Assembly (NCBI GenBank): GCA_046153645.1
Contig: JBJXGI010000064.1
Location: 1 to 45,179, forward strand
Length of the DNA stretch: 45,179 nt
Reading direction: 5' to 3'
From: Elusimicrobiota bacterium
Lineage (GTDB): Bacteria > Elusimicrobiota > Elusimicrobia > F11
The notes below the pieces were generated by a model. The model did not search any database. It was given only the letters and a program-made list of their open reading frames with translations, and had not been told where the DNA came from. The translations under genes and the position numbers were made by a program. This document shows, in pieces, positions 30,869 to 40,774 of the stretch (position 1 is the first letter of the stretch; each line of letters opens with the position of its first letter).

Positions 30869-31065
30869 AGAGAATCATCAGACGTTGTGACCGTTGTTGC
30901 CCCATCAATCAGTGTTTTCCCTACTTTTTCATAGGCCAGGCGAATATCAGTTTGAAACTTTTTAAATACAGCAACACTTGCAATCACCACCAATGCTGTA
31001 ATTAAGATGTACTCAACTAAACCATTTCCGTTTTCAAAGAACTTCCTCTTTTGTTTTTTAATCAT
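30865..31065 (-). CDS. flp: Flp family type IVb pilin
   Basis: G-NGLVEYILI prepilin motif followed by a hydrophobic helix; AAGGAG RBS. Confidence 0.85.
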   Translation of the reverse strand: MIKKQKRKFFENGNGLVEYILITALVVIASVAVFKKFQTDIRLAYEKVGKTLIDGATTVTTSDDSL

Positions 31066-31217
31066 GACTTCTCCTTGTTGACCGCCAATGCATCACAAGA
31101 TGGACATTGGAGGAGTTCCTGTAAGGAGAGAATGGGGTCAAAATTAAATAAGTTTGAGGGACAACAATATTACCATAAGCCTTTCAAAATCATTGTAAAC
31201 AAACTGTAAAAATTTGA

Positions 31218-32366
31218 TTAACGAATAACTGGAGGCCAATTGAGCCGGCGTAATCGGTTTGGGATTGACTTGAAATTTTGAGGCAAATCGACTTCTTTTC
31301 CTTGAATGAAAACTGAAAATATTTCGCCCATAGAATCAGGATGAACCAGTTGTTGAACTACTCCGGGATGAAGTCCTTTTTTTAATTTTTCTTCGATAAT
31401 CTCTGCACCGACATGTGTTAAAAAAATTCCCTGCGTACAAAATAACAATGGATCAAATTGTTGTTTTTTTCCCTCAATAGCCAACTGAGTGAAGTCCACA
31501 TGCGCGGTAATATCTTGCTGTCCAATAAATTTTAAAATCTCTTGGTTGGTTTTGTGATTTTGGTAACACATCCACGTCCCTTTTGATCGGATAGGACTAT
31601 ACAAATAAGCTCTCGGGTGACCATAATCAAACGTGGCGACAAATCCGCGAGATAAAATTTGAGCCCAATTTTCATAGAGTGCTGAAACTTGCGAGCGGTA
31701 TTCACCTTCTTGATTTTCTTCCCATTCCAACAGATTTAAACCCAAATCTGAAACCAATTTTCCTGGCAAAACGTCTCCCACTTTTTCTATTAAGGTGTCG
31801 CCCGCCTTATGAACAACAATTTCATAAAAATTCCCACCTTGAAATTTGAACCGATGAAAGGGAAGCGCGTCAAAAAGTTCATTGGAAAAAATGCACCCTT
31901 CTACTGTTCCCAACCATTCAATATCCGACAACTCCGCAACCACTTCACATTTTCCATATCGAGAAAGACGTTTCCAAATCCGGTCTCTACCAACACGACT
32001 TTTTTCTACTACCCACGCACGCACACCACCTAACATTTTTTTCTCTTTTAATCGGTCTAAAATCGTTCCTAAAAATTCCCCGTCTCCCGATCCAACTTCA
32101 ATCAAAGTGAACTGATCTGATCCTAAACTTTCACGCATTTTTATAAGGGCTTCGACAAAAATATCTGGGAACAGAGAAGACACTTGAAGGGAAGTAAAAT
32201 AATCTCCCCCTCTTCCTCTTTGCTGCTTGGTTTGACTGTAATAACCATACTGGGGATGGTACAAAGCCAAGTCCGTAAACCGTTCAAAATGAAGTGGGCC
32301 TAGTCGACTCACTTCTTGATGAATTAATTGTTCGCCTAAATATAAATTTTTTTCTGCTGTTTTCAT
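31218..32366 (-). CDS. SAM-dependent methyltransferase, MidA/NDUFAF7 family
   Basis: LYHPQYGYY, DYFTS, EVGSG, SNELFDALP, DYG, QDITAHVDF. Confidence 0.9.
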   Translation of the reverse strand: MKTAEKNLYLGEQLIHQEVSRLGPLHFERFTDLALYHPQYGYYSQTKQQRGRGGDYFTSLQVSSLFPDIFVEALIKMRESLGSDQFTLIEVGSGDGEFLGTILDRLKEKKMLGGVRAWVVEKSRVGRDRIWKRLSRYGKCEVVAELSDIEWLGTVEGCIFSNELFDALPFHRFKFQGGNFYEIVVHKAGDTLIEKVGDVLPGKLVSDLGLNLLEWEENQEGEYRSQVSALYENWAQILSRGFVATFDYGHPRAYLYSPIRSKGTWMCYQNHKTNQEILKFIGQQDITAHVDFTQLAIEGKKQQFDPLLFCTQGIFLTHVGAEIIEEKLKKGLHPGVVQQLVHPDSMGEIFSVFIQGKEVDLPQNFKSIPNRLRRLNWPPVIR

Positions 32367-33469
32367 TTTTTTAATTGCTCAATGGCCCAAAGAGCATGCT
32401 CCCGAATAAGTGGTTCTTCATCTTTTAGACACAATTCTAATATAGGAATTAGTGCTTCATCTTGACTATTTCCCGCTACAACGCAAGCGTTTCTCAAAAG
32501 TCCTTTTCGCTTGGCGCGCAAAAGAGGAGTTCCTTTAAATTTTTCTTTATATTCAGATTGTGTTCGAATAGATAAAACTTGAGTTAATGATAACCACGCC
32601 CCCACTCCTCGATTCGCCTTTAATTCAGGCCATCTGGTTTCAAAGGCCTGCGCATTAAAAGGACAGACGTCCTGACATATATCACACCCATAAATCCAAT
32701 CTTTCAAGTGTTTCCTCATTTCTATAGGAATAGCGCCTTTGTTTTCTATTGTCAAATAAGAGATACATTTTCTTGAATCTAATTTATACGCTCCATCAAA
32801 AGCCTGCGTTGGGCACGCTGTTAAACATTTGGTACACCCACCACAACCTGCTTGTTGATTTAAGTTTTCAACAGAGTTTCCTAATTCAATATCGAGCAAA
32901 ATTTCTGCAATAAAAACCCACGACCCAACGTGGAAACCATGCCGCGGGAATAAAGCATTATTTTGTGGAAGAATTAAAACAGTATTCTTCCCGATAAAAC
33001 CCATCCCTCCTTTTCGAGCCAGAGCACGTTCAAACAAAGGTTTACTATCCACCGCAACCAATGCTTCTTTCACTGAAAATTCTTTTTTTATTTTATTGAT
33101 TAGTTCTGTTAAACGAAATTCAATGATGTCGTGGTAATCTTCTCCCCAAGCGTAACGCGCGACGCGTCCATAACCAGTCCCTGGTTTTTCTGGGACAGGG
33201 CCTTGATAATAACTAACACCCACAGATAGCACACTCTTAGCAAAAGAATATTTTCGGGAGAGATTTAAACGGGCAGAAGGATCACGAGTTAAGTATTGCA
33301 TCTCGCCGGCCATTCCTGCTTTGACCCAATTTTCGTAGGCAACTTGATCTTGAAAAGGGATTTGAGGAGAAACCAGAACACATCGATCAAAACCGAGGTT
33401 CCATGCGACGTTTTGAATAAATTCTAAGGGTTGATTTATTAAGGGATAATTAACGATCGTAAAACTCAA
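32363..33469 (-). CDS. queG: Epoxyqueuosine reductase
   Basis: ARYAWGEDYH, CGGCTKCLTACP, CISYLTIE, GCDICQDVCP. Confidence 0.96.
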   Translation of the reverse strand: MSFTIVNYPLINQPLEFIQNVAWNLGFDRCVLVSPQIPFQDQVAYENWVKAGMAGEMQYLTRDPSARLNLSRKYSFAKSVLSVGVSYYQGPVPEKPGTGYGRVARYAWGEDYHDIIEFRLTELINKIKKEFSVKEALVAVDSKPLFERALARKGGMGFIGKNTVLILPQNNALFPRHGFHVGSWVFIAEILLDIELGNSVENLNQQAGCGGCTKCLTACPTQAFDGAYKLDSRKCISYLTIENKGAIPIEMRKHLKDWIYGCDICQDVCPFNAQAFETRWPELKANRGVGAWLSLTQVLSIRTQSEYKEKFKGTPLLRAKRKGLLRNACVVAGNSQDEALIPILELCLKDEEPLIREHALWAIEQLKK

Positions 33470-34277
33470 TCAAACGGTCAGGGTAATTAGTAGCAATGCC
33501 ATCAACACCCCAAACCACGAGTTTCCGAAATTCGTCTAATCGATCAGCGGTCCAAGCCACAACCGACATTCCCGCTTGATGGGCTTCTTCAACCAAATCA
33601 CCCGTCACACGATCTTTTCGAGGAAGAATATGATTGGTCTTTAGATTTTTGGCTCGATCGAGTGCGTCATAGAGAAAATCTGAATATAAAAATCCGGAAG
33701 CCGTTGTGGGACTGAGCTTATGAAGCATGGCCAAAATTGGTTCGTCAAAAGAAATAACCACAGAGCGATTAATTACTTTATTATCTTTTAATTCTTTCAA
33801 AACAGCTTGAATGAGAGTTTCGCGACGTTTTTCATCGCCATCGACTTTAAGTTCAACAAAAAAAGTGGCAGGTTGACCAGCTTTGTTCTTTTTGGGTGCA
33901 GCCCACTTAAGCAAGGTAGACAATCGAGGGATTCTTTCTCCAGCAAAACGTAAGTCAAACCAAGATCCGGCATCCAACTCAATAATATCTTTAGCCATCA
34001 ATTCATTAACACGCAAAGGTTTATTGGAAGTTCGGTCTAAATTGCAATCATGAACAACAACAGGAATATTATCTTTGGTTAGTCTGACATCGAACTCTAA
34101 CATGTCAGAACCGAGGTGAAAAGCTTGTTCAAAAGAAGCCATAGTGTTTTCGGGAGCATGGCCCATAGCGCCTCGATGACCGATCACCCAAGGTAATTTA
34201 CCTGGGGCTTTGAGGCGAACTGAATAGCGTTTCAAGGTGGATACTCCTCCCTGGCTTGATTTAGATAGAACTGTCAC
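33450..34277 (-). CDS. Glycerophosphodiester phosphodiesterase
   Basis: GHRGA..PENT, EFDV, HD..LDRT, WTAD, GVDGIATNYP. Confidence 0.92.
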   Translation of the reverse strand: MTVLSKSSQGGVSTLKRYSVRLKAPGKLPWVIGHRGAMGHAPENTMASFEQAFHLGSDMLEFDVRLTKDNIPVVVHDCNLDRTSNKPLRVNELMAKDIIELDAGSWFDLRFAGERIPRLSTLLKWAAPKKNKAGQPATFFVELKVDGDEKRRETLIQAVLKELKDNKVINRSVVISFDEPILAMLHKLSPTTASGFLYSDFLYDALDRAKNLKTNHILPRKDRVTGDLVEEAHQAGMSVVAWTADRLDEFRKLVVWGVDGIATNYPDRLIEFYDR

Positions 34278-34343
34278 GAACTCTCCTACTACCGAATAAG
34301 AGGGAGTTTACAACATCCAGAGGATAGAGGGAAATCTTAAATT

Positions 34344-35839
34344 TTATCGAGCCACTTTTACTTTTTTTCTGGAAGTGACATGCTCAGGAGTTCTAGATTT
34401 AAGTAAACTTCTTGCTGCTTCCGCCAAAACTTCTAACTGTTTTTCATTATTTGCTTCTGTATAAACACGAACCACGGGTTCCGTTCCTGAAAAACGAAGA
34501 CCCAACCAACTACCGCCTTGAAAGATAAACTTATATCCATCAATATCGACAATTCGATGAACGTTCAAACCATTAATTTGTGTAGGGGGTTTTGTTGCAA
34601 ATTGTTCTTTGACTGTCCTTACAATTTCAGGGGTCGCGCGCAAATTCACTCTTCGACTCAAGAAAATTCCCACTTGAGCGTGAAACGCTTTAATAAGCTC
34701 TTTAATAGAAGATTTAGTTGAAGCCACCATTTCAGCTACAATCAAGCAAGCCAAAACTCCGTCTTTTTCGGGCACATGTCCACGCATAGTAAAACCGCCT
34801 GATTCCTCGGCTCCCATGATGAATTCCCCGCCCATTTCAGGCCAAACTGATTCTGCCTCCTGCATGGCCTCTCCAATATATTTAAAGCCAACAGGGGTTT
34901 CACGAAGGCTCAACACATACTTGCGCGCAATGGCATCAATGGCATGAGTGGTCATGACACTTTTTGCCAAAATCCCTTTCCACTGACGAGATTGGTGAAG
35001 ATATTGGGCTAAAAGAGCCAAAATATCATTAGCGGAAATGATAGTGCCATCAGAATCTACCACTCCAAACCGATCGGCGTCGCCATCCGTTGCTAAGCCC
35101 AAATGTGCCTTTGAGGCTTTCACTCTTTTTACCAGTTTCTCGAGCCCTTCCGTTGATGGGTCTGGGCCACGACCCTCAAAATAAACATCTCGTTCGTCAT
35201 TTAAAACTTCCACTTCACAACCCAACTCACGCAACAAAGAAGGTAAATAAGTTCGCCCCGCTCCATGAAACACATCTACAACAATTTTTAATTTATTTTT
35301 TTTGAAAGGGGCTGTATTAACCAGAGATTTCACTTGTTTCATATAGGCTTCATGAAAATCTTCTCTTCTAATTAATTTATCTGTTAAGGTGGCATTTTGA
35401 AAACGCGGTTTCATCTGTACATCGGCCTCACTCATATTAGCGCAGTTGACTTCAATTCGATGAGTTACTTCAGGAAGAGCGGGCCCCCCCAAGAGGTAGA
35501 GAATTTGATTCCAGAATAAGTATAAGGATTATGACTGGCCGTGATATTGATTCCAGCTGCAGCGTGCGAGTGAAGAATTTCAAAAGCAACAACGGGGGTA
35601 GGGACATCGGTATTGCTAAATCGAACTTCTAAACCATTATTCGCTAAAACTTTAGCCGCTTCCATAGCAAAAGATTCTGATAGAAAACGCGTATCGTATC
35701 CAACAACGACAGGTTTATTATGGTTTTTTTGACGGAATATTTCATCCGCAATGGCCTGCACACAAATTCTTAGTTTTGGGAAAGTAAAACCGTCAGCAAT
35801 AATATCTCTCCAACCGGAGGTTCCAAATTTAATTGTCAC
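34344..35839 (-). pseudogene. Phosphoglucomutase/phosphomannomutase split by a 1-nt frameshift
   Basis: N-part (35839-35465) has FGTSGWR and TASHNP. C-part has DGDADR, GAEESG, RFSGTEP. The frames join at a G7 run (35484-35490) that needs G8 to read WGGPALPE. Confidence 0.85.
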
Positions 35840-36048
35840 GTTTATATCCTTTTATTTGATTACACCAAACACCAACACCCTCGAAAGAGGATCGGAAAAG
35901 AAGGAAAGGTGTAGGGCGGAATCTAGAACAAGGATAAAGGGTTGTCAACTGTCAATTTTTACAAAAATTTAACTTTCCCCTGACACGCTTATCGACGGAA
36001 AAATCATATTTTAATCGAGTTGTTTTTCTTGGTTAGGGGAAAAATGAC

Positions 36049-36097
36049 AAAAAGGGTTCGCAACGTGATCGGAGGGGACACGGGACGAACCCTTTTT
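36049..36097. terminator. Hairpin with A/T tails on both sides (bidirectional terminator-like)
   Basis: AAAAAGGGTTCG ... CGAACCCTTTTT, just downstream of ORF 36111-36431(-). Confidence 0.6.
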
Positions 36098-36110
36098 ATT
36101 TAATATCCGC

Positions 36111-36431
36111 TCACAAAAAAATATTTTTTAAAATTCCTATGACTCCATACCAATCAACGCCGTTGTGCTCTTTGACCATTTTTTCACGATCTGGGTTTTT
36201 ATGATGCCGACGAGAAACAATAACCTGAAAAGCTACTTTAGAAGACTCTTCTACAGCAGTAATAGTGATATGGTAACGGTCAGGAATTTCTTTTTCTAAA
36301 ATTAAAGAATGAGACTTTGCAGGATTGGGATTTACCTGAAAAAAAGACGGGCCATAAAACCTTTCTATTTCATTTTTTACTTTTTCAAGCTGACTATTGA
36401 GGTTATTATCATTACTCATACTATTTTGCAC
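36111..36431 (-). CDS. Hypothetical protein
   Basis: About 100-aa ORF, co-oriented with neighbours. Confidence 0.5.
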   Translation of the reverse strand: MQNSMSNDNNLNSQLEKVKNEIERFYGPSFFQVNPNPAKSHSLILEKEIPDRYHITITAVEESSKVAFQVIVSRRHHKNPDREKMVKEHNGVDWYGVIGILKNIFL

Positions 36432-36470
36432 CCAAACCAGATAAAAATATGACGAGAAAATTTAAATTGT

Positions 36471-36920
36471 TCATTTTTCTTCTCTATATAGTTCTGGCTC
36501 TGGCAAAACAGGTGGGGTTGAATCCATATAGGTTAAATAGTTCCTCCACAAATCATGAGTGCGCCTTTTTGTATGAATAACAGTACATTCTCCCTCCATG
36601 GCTGTCCTTATACTTCCTTCTTTCCAATACTGATAAATAGCATCACATTCACTTTTCATGAATACTTCCCATGATTTCTGCGATTTGGTTAATGCGTTTA
36701 CATGTGTTTTATCAACATTTTTTTTTAATTGATCCATTGAGGTTTTTAAATAATAATCCAATTCTTTTTCAGCGGCTATTACTTTTTCAGACCAACACCT
36801 ATTCACTTCAATTGTCGACTGAGGATCATCACAAGGTGATTTGGCCATAAGAAAAGTTGCATTTAAAAAATGAGCCGCCAGGACGAAAAAAAACAACTTT
36901 TTAGAGGCTAGGTATTTCAT
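36471..36920 (-). CDS. LprI/DUF1311 family secreted protein
   Basis: Signal peptide; C....ST.E...C, SQKSW..F..SEC pattern. Confidence 0.85.
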   Translation of the reverse strand: MKYLASKKLFFFVLAAHFLNATFLMAKSPCDDPQSTIEVNRCWSEKVIAAEKELDYYLKTSMDQLKKNVDKTHVNALTKSQKSWEVFMKSECDAIYQYWKEGSIRTAMEGECTVIHTKRRTHDLWRNYLTYMDSTPPVLPEPELYREEK

Positions 36921-36921
36921 A

Positions 36922-37656
36922 TTAACGCTCCAATGTCACAATAATGATTTGGTTGATTCCATTTAAAGCAACTTTTTTATTATCTTGAGACCAAGCAACA
37001 ACCTGATCAAATTCAGGAAAATTTTCAGGAAAATTTTGTTTTTCCCATAAATGCGTATTGATAATACCGCTTTCTAAGAACGCCAGTTTACCATCTGGAG
37101 ATAATGCGGCAACGGCTGTACAATCAGATAAAAAATTTTCAGTTCCATTTGAATTGATCAATTTCACTTCAAAGCGCTCACGATCACCACATATCACCCT
37201 CGTGTATTCAAGAAGAGGAAAACCACCCTTAGGAACCGTTATTTTTGCGAGCGATTTTTCTGCATTCATGAAATACTCTTTTTCGAAAATCTTATTTTTT
37301 GAGTTGTTTTTATTAAGCGTAATTTTTGCTGATCTTTCAGACAAGTTGCTTAGCTCAATTCCAAAAGAAGTGGATTTCAGATCGTTTTGACTCGTTAATT
37401 TATAAGGGCCAAGCGGAGCTCCTTCTTTAGAGAATTTACTGGGCAATAACTCCCATGAACAAGGAAATTGTTCCCAACCGATACTTTTAGGAAGTTTTTT
37501 GCGGGCGCTTTCGATATTCAAAACATCTGACGATGCCCGAATGATTTTCCAAGCCAACCGAACAGGTTGAGTAGACAACTTTGGCTCATTTTCTCCGCCA
37601 TGAAGAGAGAAATGTGTTGCTAAAAGAGTTAACGACAAAAATAAAATCTTTTTCAT
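36922..37656 (-). CDS. Secreted hypothetical protein with partial propeller repeats
   Basis: Signal peptide; LSPDGK and WSQDNKKVA. Confidence 0.6.
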   Translation of the reverse strand: MKKILFLSLTLLATHFSLHGGENEPKLSTQPVRLAWKIIRASSDVLNIESARKKLPKSIGWEQFPCSWELLPSKFSKEGAPLGPYKLTSQNDLKSTSFGIELSNLSERSAKITLNKNNSKNKIFEKEYFMNAEKSLAKITVPKGGFPLLEYTRVICGDRERFEVKLINSNGTENFLSDCTAVAALSPDGKLAFLESGIINTHLWEKQNFPENFPEFDQVVAWSQDNKKVALNGINQIIIVTLER

Positions 37657-37692
37657 ATAACTTTCCTTCGCACTAATTATTTTTATTTAAAC

Positions 37693-38742
37693 TTATTCTT
37701 TTTTATAGCCTGATGGGATATCAAATTCTGAATCAGGAATAGGCGCAACTGAAACAGACGTAACTTCATAGTATATTTTGGCTGTGGGCTCAGTTTTGGC
37801 ATTGGCTGATTTTTCCGCCATTATATTTTTAACTTTATTGGTTGCCATATTCCCTAAAAAAGACCCCAAAACAGATTCCGCTCCATTTGACATATCAATG
37901 GAATCATCAGTTTCTTTTTGGGGCATTGGTTTTTTAACTTTGGGATCCCCTTTGTGGATTAAGACGGATTCGGTAACAACAGGAAACCCTTGAATCGTGG
38001 CCATTTTCTTTTTCATATCACTCATTGTCTTAGAAGCACTGCCATCAGTTGTTCCCAGTAGCATCCCCAATGAATTCGCGTCTAGCCCTCCCATCGCACC
38101 AGACATCGGAGGAAATCCTATTTTTTTTAAAAAAGCATCGTTATAAGCAGCTTGCTCTTTTTGAACTTGCTGCAAAGTTTTGGTTAAAGGCGTAACCCAA
38201 AGGTCCGTATCAAGAATCATGGTATTTACAGTTTTTTCAACAGTGTCTTCCACTTCCATTAAAACATGCACAAAATAACGTTCTGTTTTGTATCCATTAA
38301 TTTCACGCTTATCAGTCATCTTTTTTACATCGAACTCAGTTTTTTTTATTCGAGTGGTTGACTTCTCTTCTTTTGGAGATGACTCTAGGGGATTTTCTTC
38401 ACCCATGCCCCCTAAATTTCCAAGAGGCTCAGATAAGGACGTTTCAAAATAAGTGCGCTGTTTTTGATTTAATTTCCATGATTTGTCTAAGTCAACCCTA
38501 CTGATAACAATGTCTGGTGTTTTATTATTGGCCAATTTCATCAAAGGGTTATTAAACTTGAACAACTGTTGACGACGGTTTTTAAGCCCTTGAATCTTTT
38601 CTTCAGAAGAGATCTCAGAGCCTCCTAAAGCAAGCCCTCCTGTGGTACGTGAAATACTTTTAATGGTTACATCAGAAAATATGGGGCTAGTGAAAATAAA
38701 AGCGGAAAACAAACCAACTACAAGAATAGAAATCTTCATCAT
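37693..38742 (-). CDS. Secreted DUF4412-like protein
   Basis: Signal peptide; REINGYKTERY, IQGFPV, PIPDSEFDIPSGYKK. Confidence 0.7.
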   Translation of the reverse strand: MMKISILVVGLFSAFIFTSPIFSDVTIKSISRTTGGLALGGSEISSEEKIQGLKNRRQQLFKFNNPLMKLANNKTPDIVISRVDLDKSWKLNQKQRTYFETSLSEPLGNLGGMGEENPLESSPKEEKSTTRIKKTEFDVKKMTDKREINGYKTERYFVHVLMEVEDTVEKTVNTMILDTDLWVTPLTKTLQQVQKEQAAYNDAFLKKIGFPPMSGAMGGLDANSLGMLLGTTDGSASKTMSDMKKKMATIQGFPVVTESVLIHKGDPKVKKPMPQKETDDSIDMSNGAESVLGSFLGNMATNKVKNIMAEKSANAKTEPTAKIYYEVTSVSVAPIPDSEFDIPSGYKKE

Positions 38743-38774
38743 GTCACTCCTTATATAGAATTTATCTAATCATT

Positions 38775-39161
38775 TTAGGGAACAAGCTGATATTCAGAAA
38801 TTTCGTCTTTTAAATTAGACCACCCAGTCCCATATTCTTTTAAGGTAACTAAGTTACCAGAAATTCTGAGAACCTTATACAACCAATTACGAGGAGGACA
38901 TTTTTCTAAAGAACGGTTTTTTTCTGTTACTAAAAATAAATCGCTTTCTACCCAGCGAATACGAGCTTCATAAACGGACTCATCTCTTGTTATTTCAGCG
39001 TATCCAACAACAACATCCTTATTTTTAAATTCAATACCTGCGTGGCGTGCACCTTTTATAATCAATCTTTTTCCTTCTAAACGTTTGGCATAATCTCCAG
39101 CCCAGATAGTCCCATGTATTAAGGATATAACTACCGCTAAAAATAAGAATTTATATTTCAT
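38775..39161 (-). CDS. Secreted hypothetical protein
   Basis: Signal peptide, AGGAG RBS. Confidence 0.65.
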   Translation of the reverse strand: MKYKFLFLAVVISLIHGTIWAGDYAKRLEGKRLIIKGARHAGIEFKNKDVVVGYAEITRDESVYEARIRWVESDLFLVTEKNRSLEKCPPRNWLYKVLRISGNLVTLKEYGTGWSNLKDEISEYQLVP

Positions 39162-39197
39162 TGATTTTTCTCTCCTTTGGAAAAAATAAACAAAGCA

Positions 39198-39728
39198 TTA
39201 CCATGGTGGCCCAAATAAATTAATTGTCGAACCTTTCTTTTGAACAGTTGTCCCTCTCGCCATGAATGTAAAATTTGTTGAAATGAGCTGACCGAATTGT
39301 ATAACTTTTACGCTTCTCTCAACCTTTTCATATCCATGCTTTTGGTAATAAGGTACCAGGCGCTCAGGACAAAAGAGGGTGAAGCTTTCACTAAAAATGC
39401 TTGGGGGACAATTTGTATGTAACTTTTTAAATAATTCAGCGGGAATTCCCTTCTTTTGAAATTCAGGTCTTACAACAACACCTCCTACACCAACGACCCA
39501 AATCGTTTCCCCTGAGTCATTAATAGAAAACCGATCGAAACCAATGTGCGCAATGGGATTGGTTCCTTCAAATGCCAAAACATGCCAGCCAAGAGGCGCC
39601 CACTCCATCCCTTTTCCTTCTTTCGGGAACACAAATTCGTTCCATCCTGTTAAATGCTTCCAACTTTTTTCGTCAAGTTTATCTTGTAGAACAATCTCCA
39701 TATTTACCACCGAAAGCTTTCTAGACAT
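39198..39728 (-). CDS. GNAT family acetyltransferase
   Basis: GGVVVRPEFQKKGI motif A, YYQKHGY. Confidence 0.88.
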   Translation of the reverse strand: MSRKLSVVNMEIVLQDKLDEKSWKHLTGWNEFVFPKEGKGMEWAPLGWHVLAFEGTNPIAHIGFDRFSINDSGETIWVVGVGGVVVRPEFQKKGIPAELFKKLHTNCPPSIFSESFTLFCPERLVPYYQKHGYEKVERSVKVIQFGQLISTNFTFMARGTTVQKKGSTINLFGPPW

Positions 39729-39808
39729 AAGGGCTTCATGTTGGTAATCATTATGTCTAAAGGGGTTCGGTTCTACAACAAATTGTTATGCGCCGCGCTA
39801 TCCATGAT

Positions 39809-39897
39809 AACTTTCAGCTCACCAACGCAATTGCTTTGCACATTGCCTCGAAGATACTTTAAGCCCTTTCCTAATAGAATCACACATGTTGATATGC
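39809..39897 (-). pseudogene. Degenerate remnant of a second yefM-yoeB junction
   Basis: Translates as DSIRKGLKVSSRQCAKQLRW* then GTG AGC TGA; the intact copy reads DSIRKGLKTSPKKCSKELRW* / VSW. Confidence 0.8.
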
Positions 39898-39929
39898 TTT
39901 CCAAATTCGGAGAAATTGAGATTCTATGA

Positions 39930-39961
39930 CTTTAGTTCAGTCGGAGTTTTTCCATAGTCTG
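39930..39961 (+). mobile_element. IS1182-like right end (isolated copy)
   Basis: CTTTAGTTCAGTCGGAGTTTTTCCATAGTCTG nearly identical to 42811-42842. Confidence 0.7.
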
Positions 39962-39975
39962 TGGTTAAAGCGCGA

Positions 39976-40518
39976 TTAGCCACCGTTGCACCATCCGCAC
40001 CCCAACAAAAATTCGTCGCCTTCTTTTGGGGTAAGACCAATTGTTTTCGGGCAACCTGTGTTCGGATCGGGAATCTCTCGGGTGTATTTGCCAACTGATG
40101 ATTTGCTTTCACGTAATCCGAGGTCTTTAACCACTTTTTTAAAATCACCGTGGAAACGGCCATAAATCAATCCTTCAAATTCGTCATTCGATTTTCCCAA
40201 TTCGCCGATGATCGATGAGGTCAACGCGCCAGAAATTTCCAATGGCCTCCGTAGAACCAAGATATTCGAATGGTTCATTTCTTCTCCGTGATCGCTGCCA
40301 GCATACCCCTGATTCCATGTAGACGAACCATGCCGGGTTAGATCTCTCAACGTATCAAACGGCGCGCCTTCGCAAAGGACGACACCGCGCAAGGCTCGGT
40401 GAACTTCCACCTCCGTCCTTTCACCACCATGGCTCAGAGCGGACACCAATAGAAGAAGTAGAATCCCGTAGCATTGTGACGCAGAGCCTAAAATAGTTTG
40501 CTGGCAAATCCTATTCAT
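39976..40518 (-). CDS. Secreted hypothetical protein
   Basis: Hydrophobic signal-like segment; C-terminal CPKTIGL...LLGCGWCNGG. Confidence 0.6.
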   Translation of the reverse strand: MNRICQQTILGSASQCYGILLLLLVSALSHGGERTEVEVHRALRGVVLCEGAPFDTLRDLTRHGSSTWNQGYAGSDHGEEMNHSNILVLRRPLEISGALTSSIIGELGKSNDEFEGLIYGRFHGDFKKVVKDLGLRESKSSVGKYTREIPDPNTGCPKTIGLTPKEGDEFLLGCGWCNGG

Positions 40519-40774
40519 AATGAGTCCACATGCGGATCACTTTGACTGTCTTGATTTCCTTTAAAACTTGATAAACCAAACGATGTTGAATGTTAATGCG
40601 CCTTGAATAGGCGCCATGAAGATCACCAACTAACTTTTCAAATGGAGGCGGATTTTTAAAGGGATTTTTACCAAGAATTTTAAGAAGGATTTCCACCTTA
40701 GATCTTAACCCTGCAGAATTAATTTTTTTGGCGTCTTTTTGAGCATGTTTTGTATAAATAAGGTGCCAACTCAC
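40511..40774 (-). CDS. yoeB: Txe/YoeB toxin
   Basis: PFEKLVGDLHGAYSRRINIQHRLVY...WTHYE. Confidence 0.93.
   Translation of the reverse strand: MSWHLIYTKHAQKDAKKINSAGLRSKVEILLKILGKNPFKNPPPFEKLVGDLHGAYSRRINIQHRLVYQVLKEIKTVKVIRMWTHYE

Noticed and set aside
36111..39197. attC sites between the secreted-protein genes
   Set aside because: Spacers are too short and lack inverse-core/core pairs
39721..39760. Chromosomal dif site
   Set aside because: Arms are 20 nt apart rather than 6, and there is no XerC-like arm
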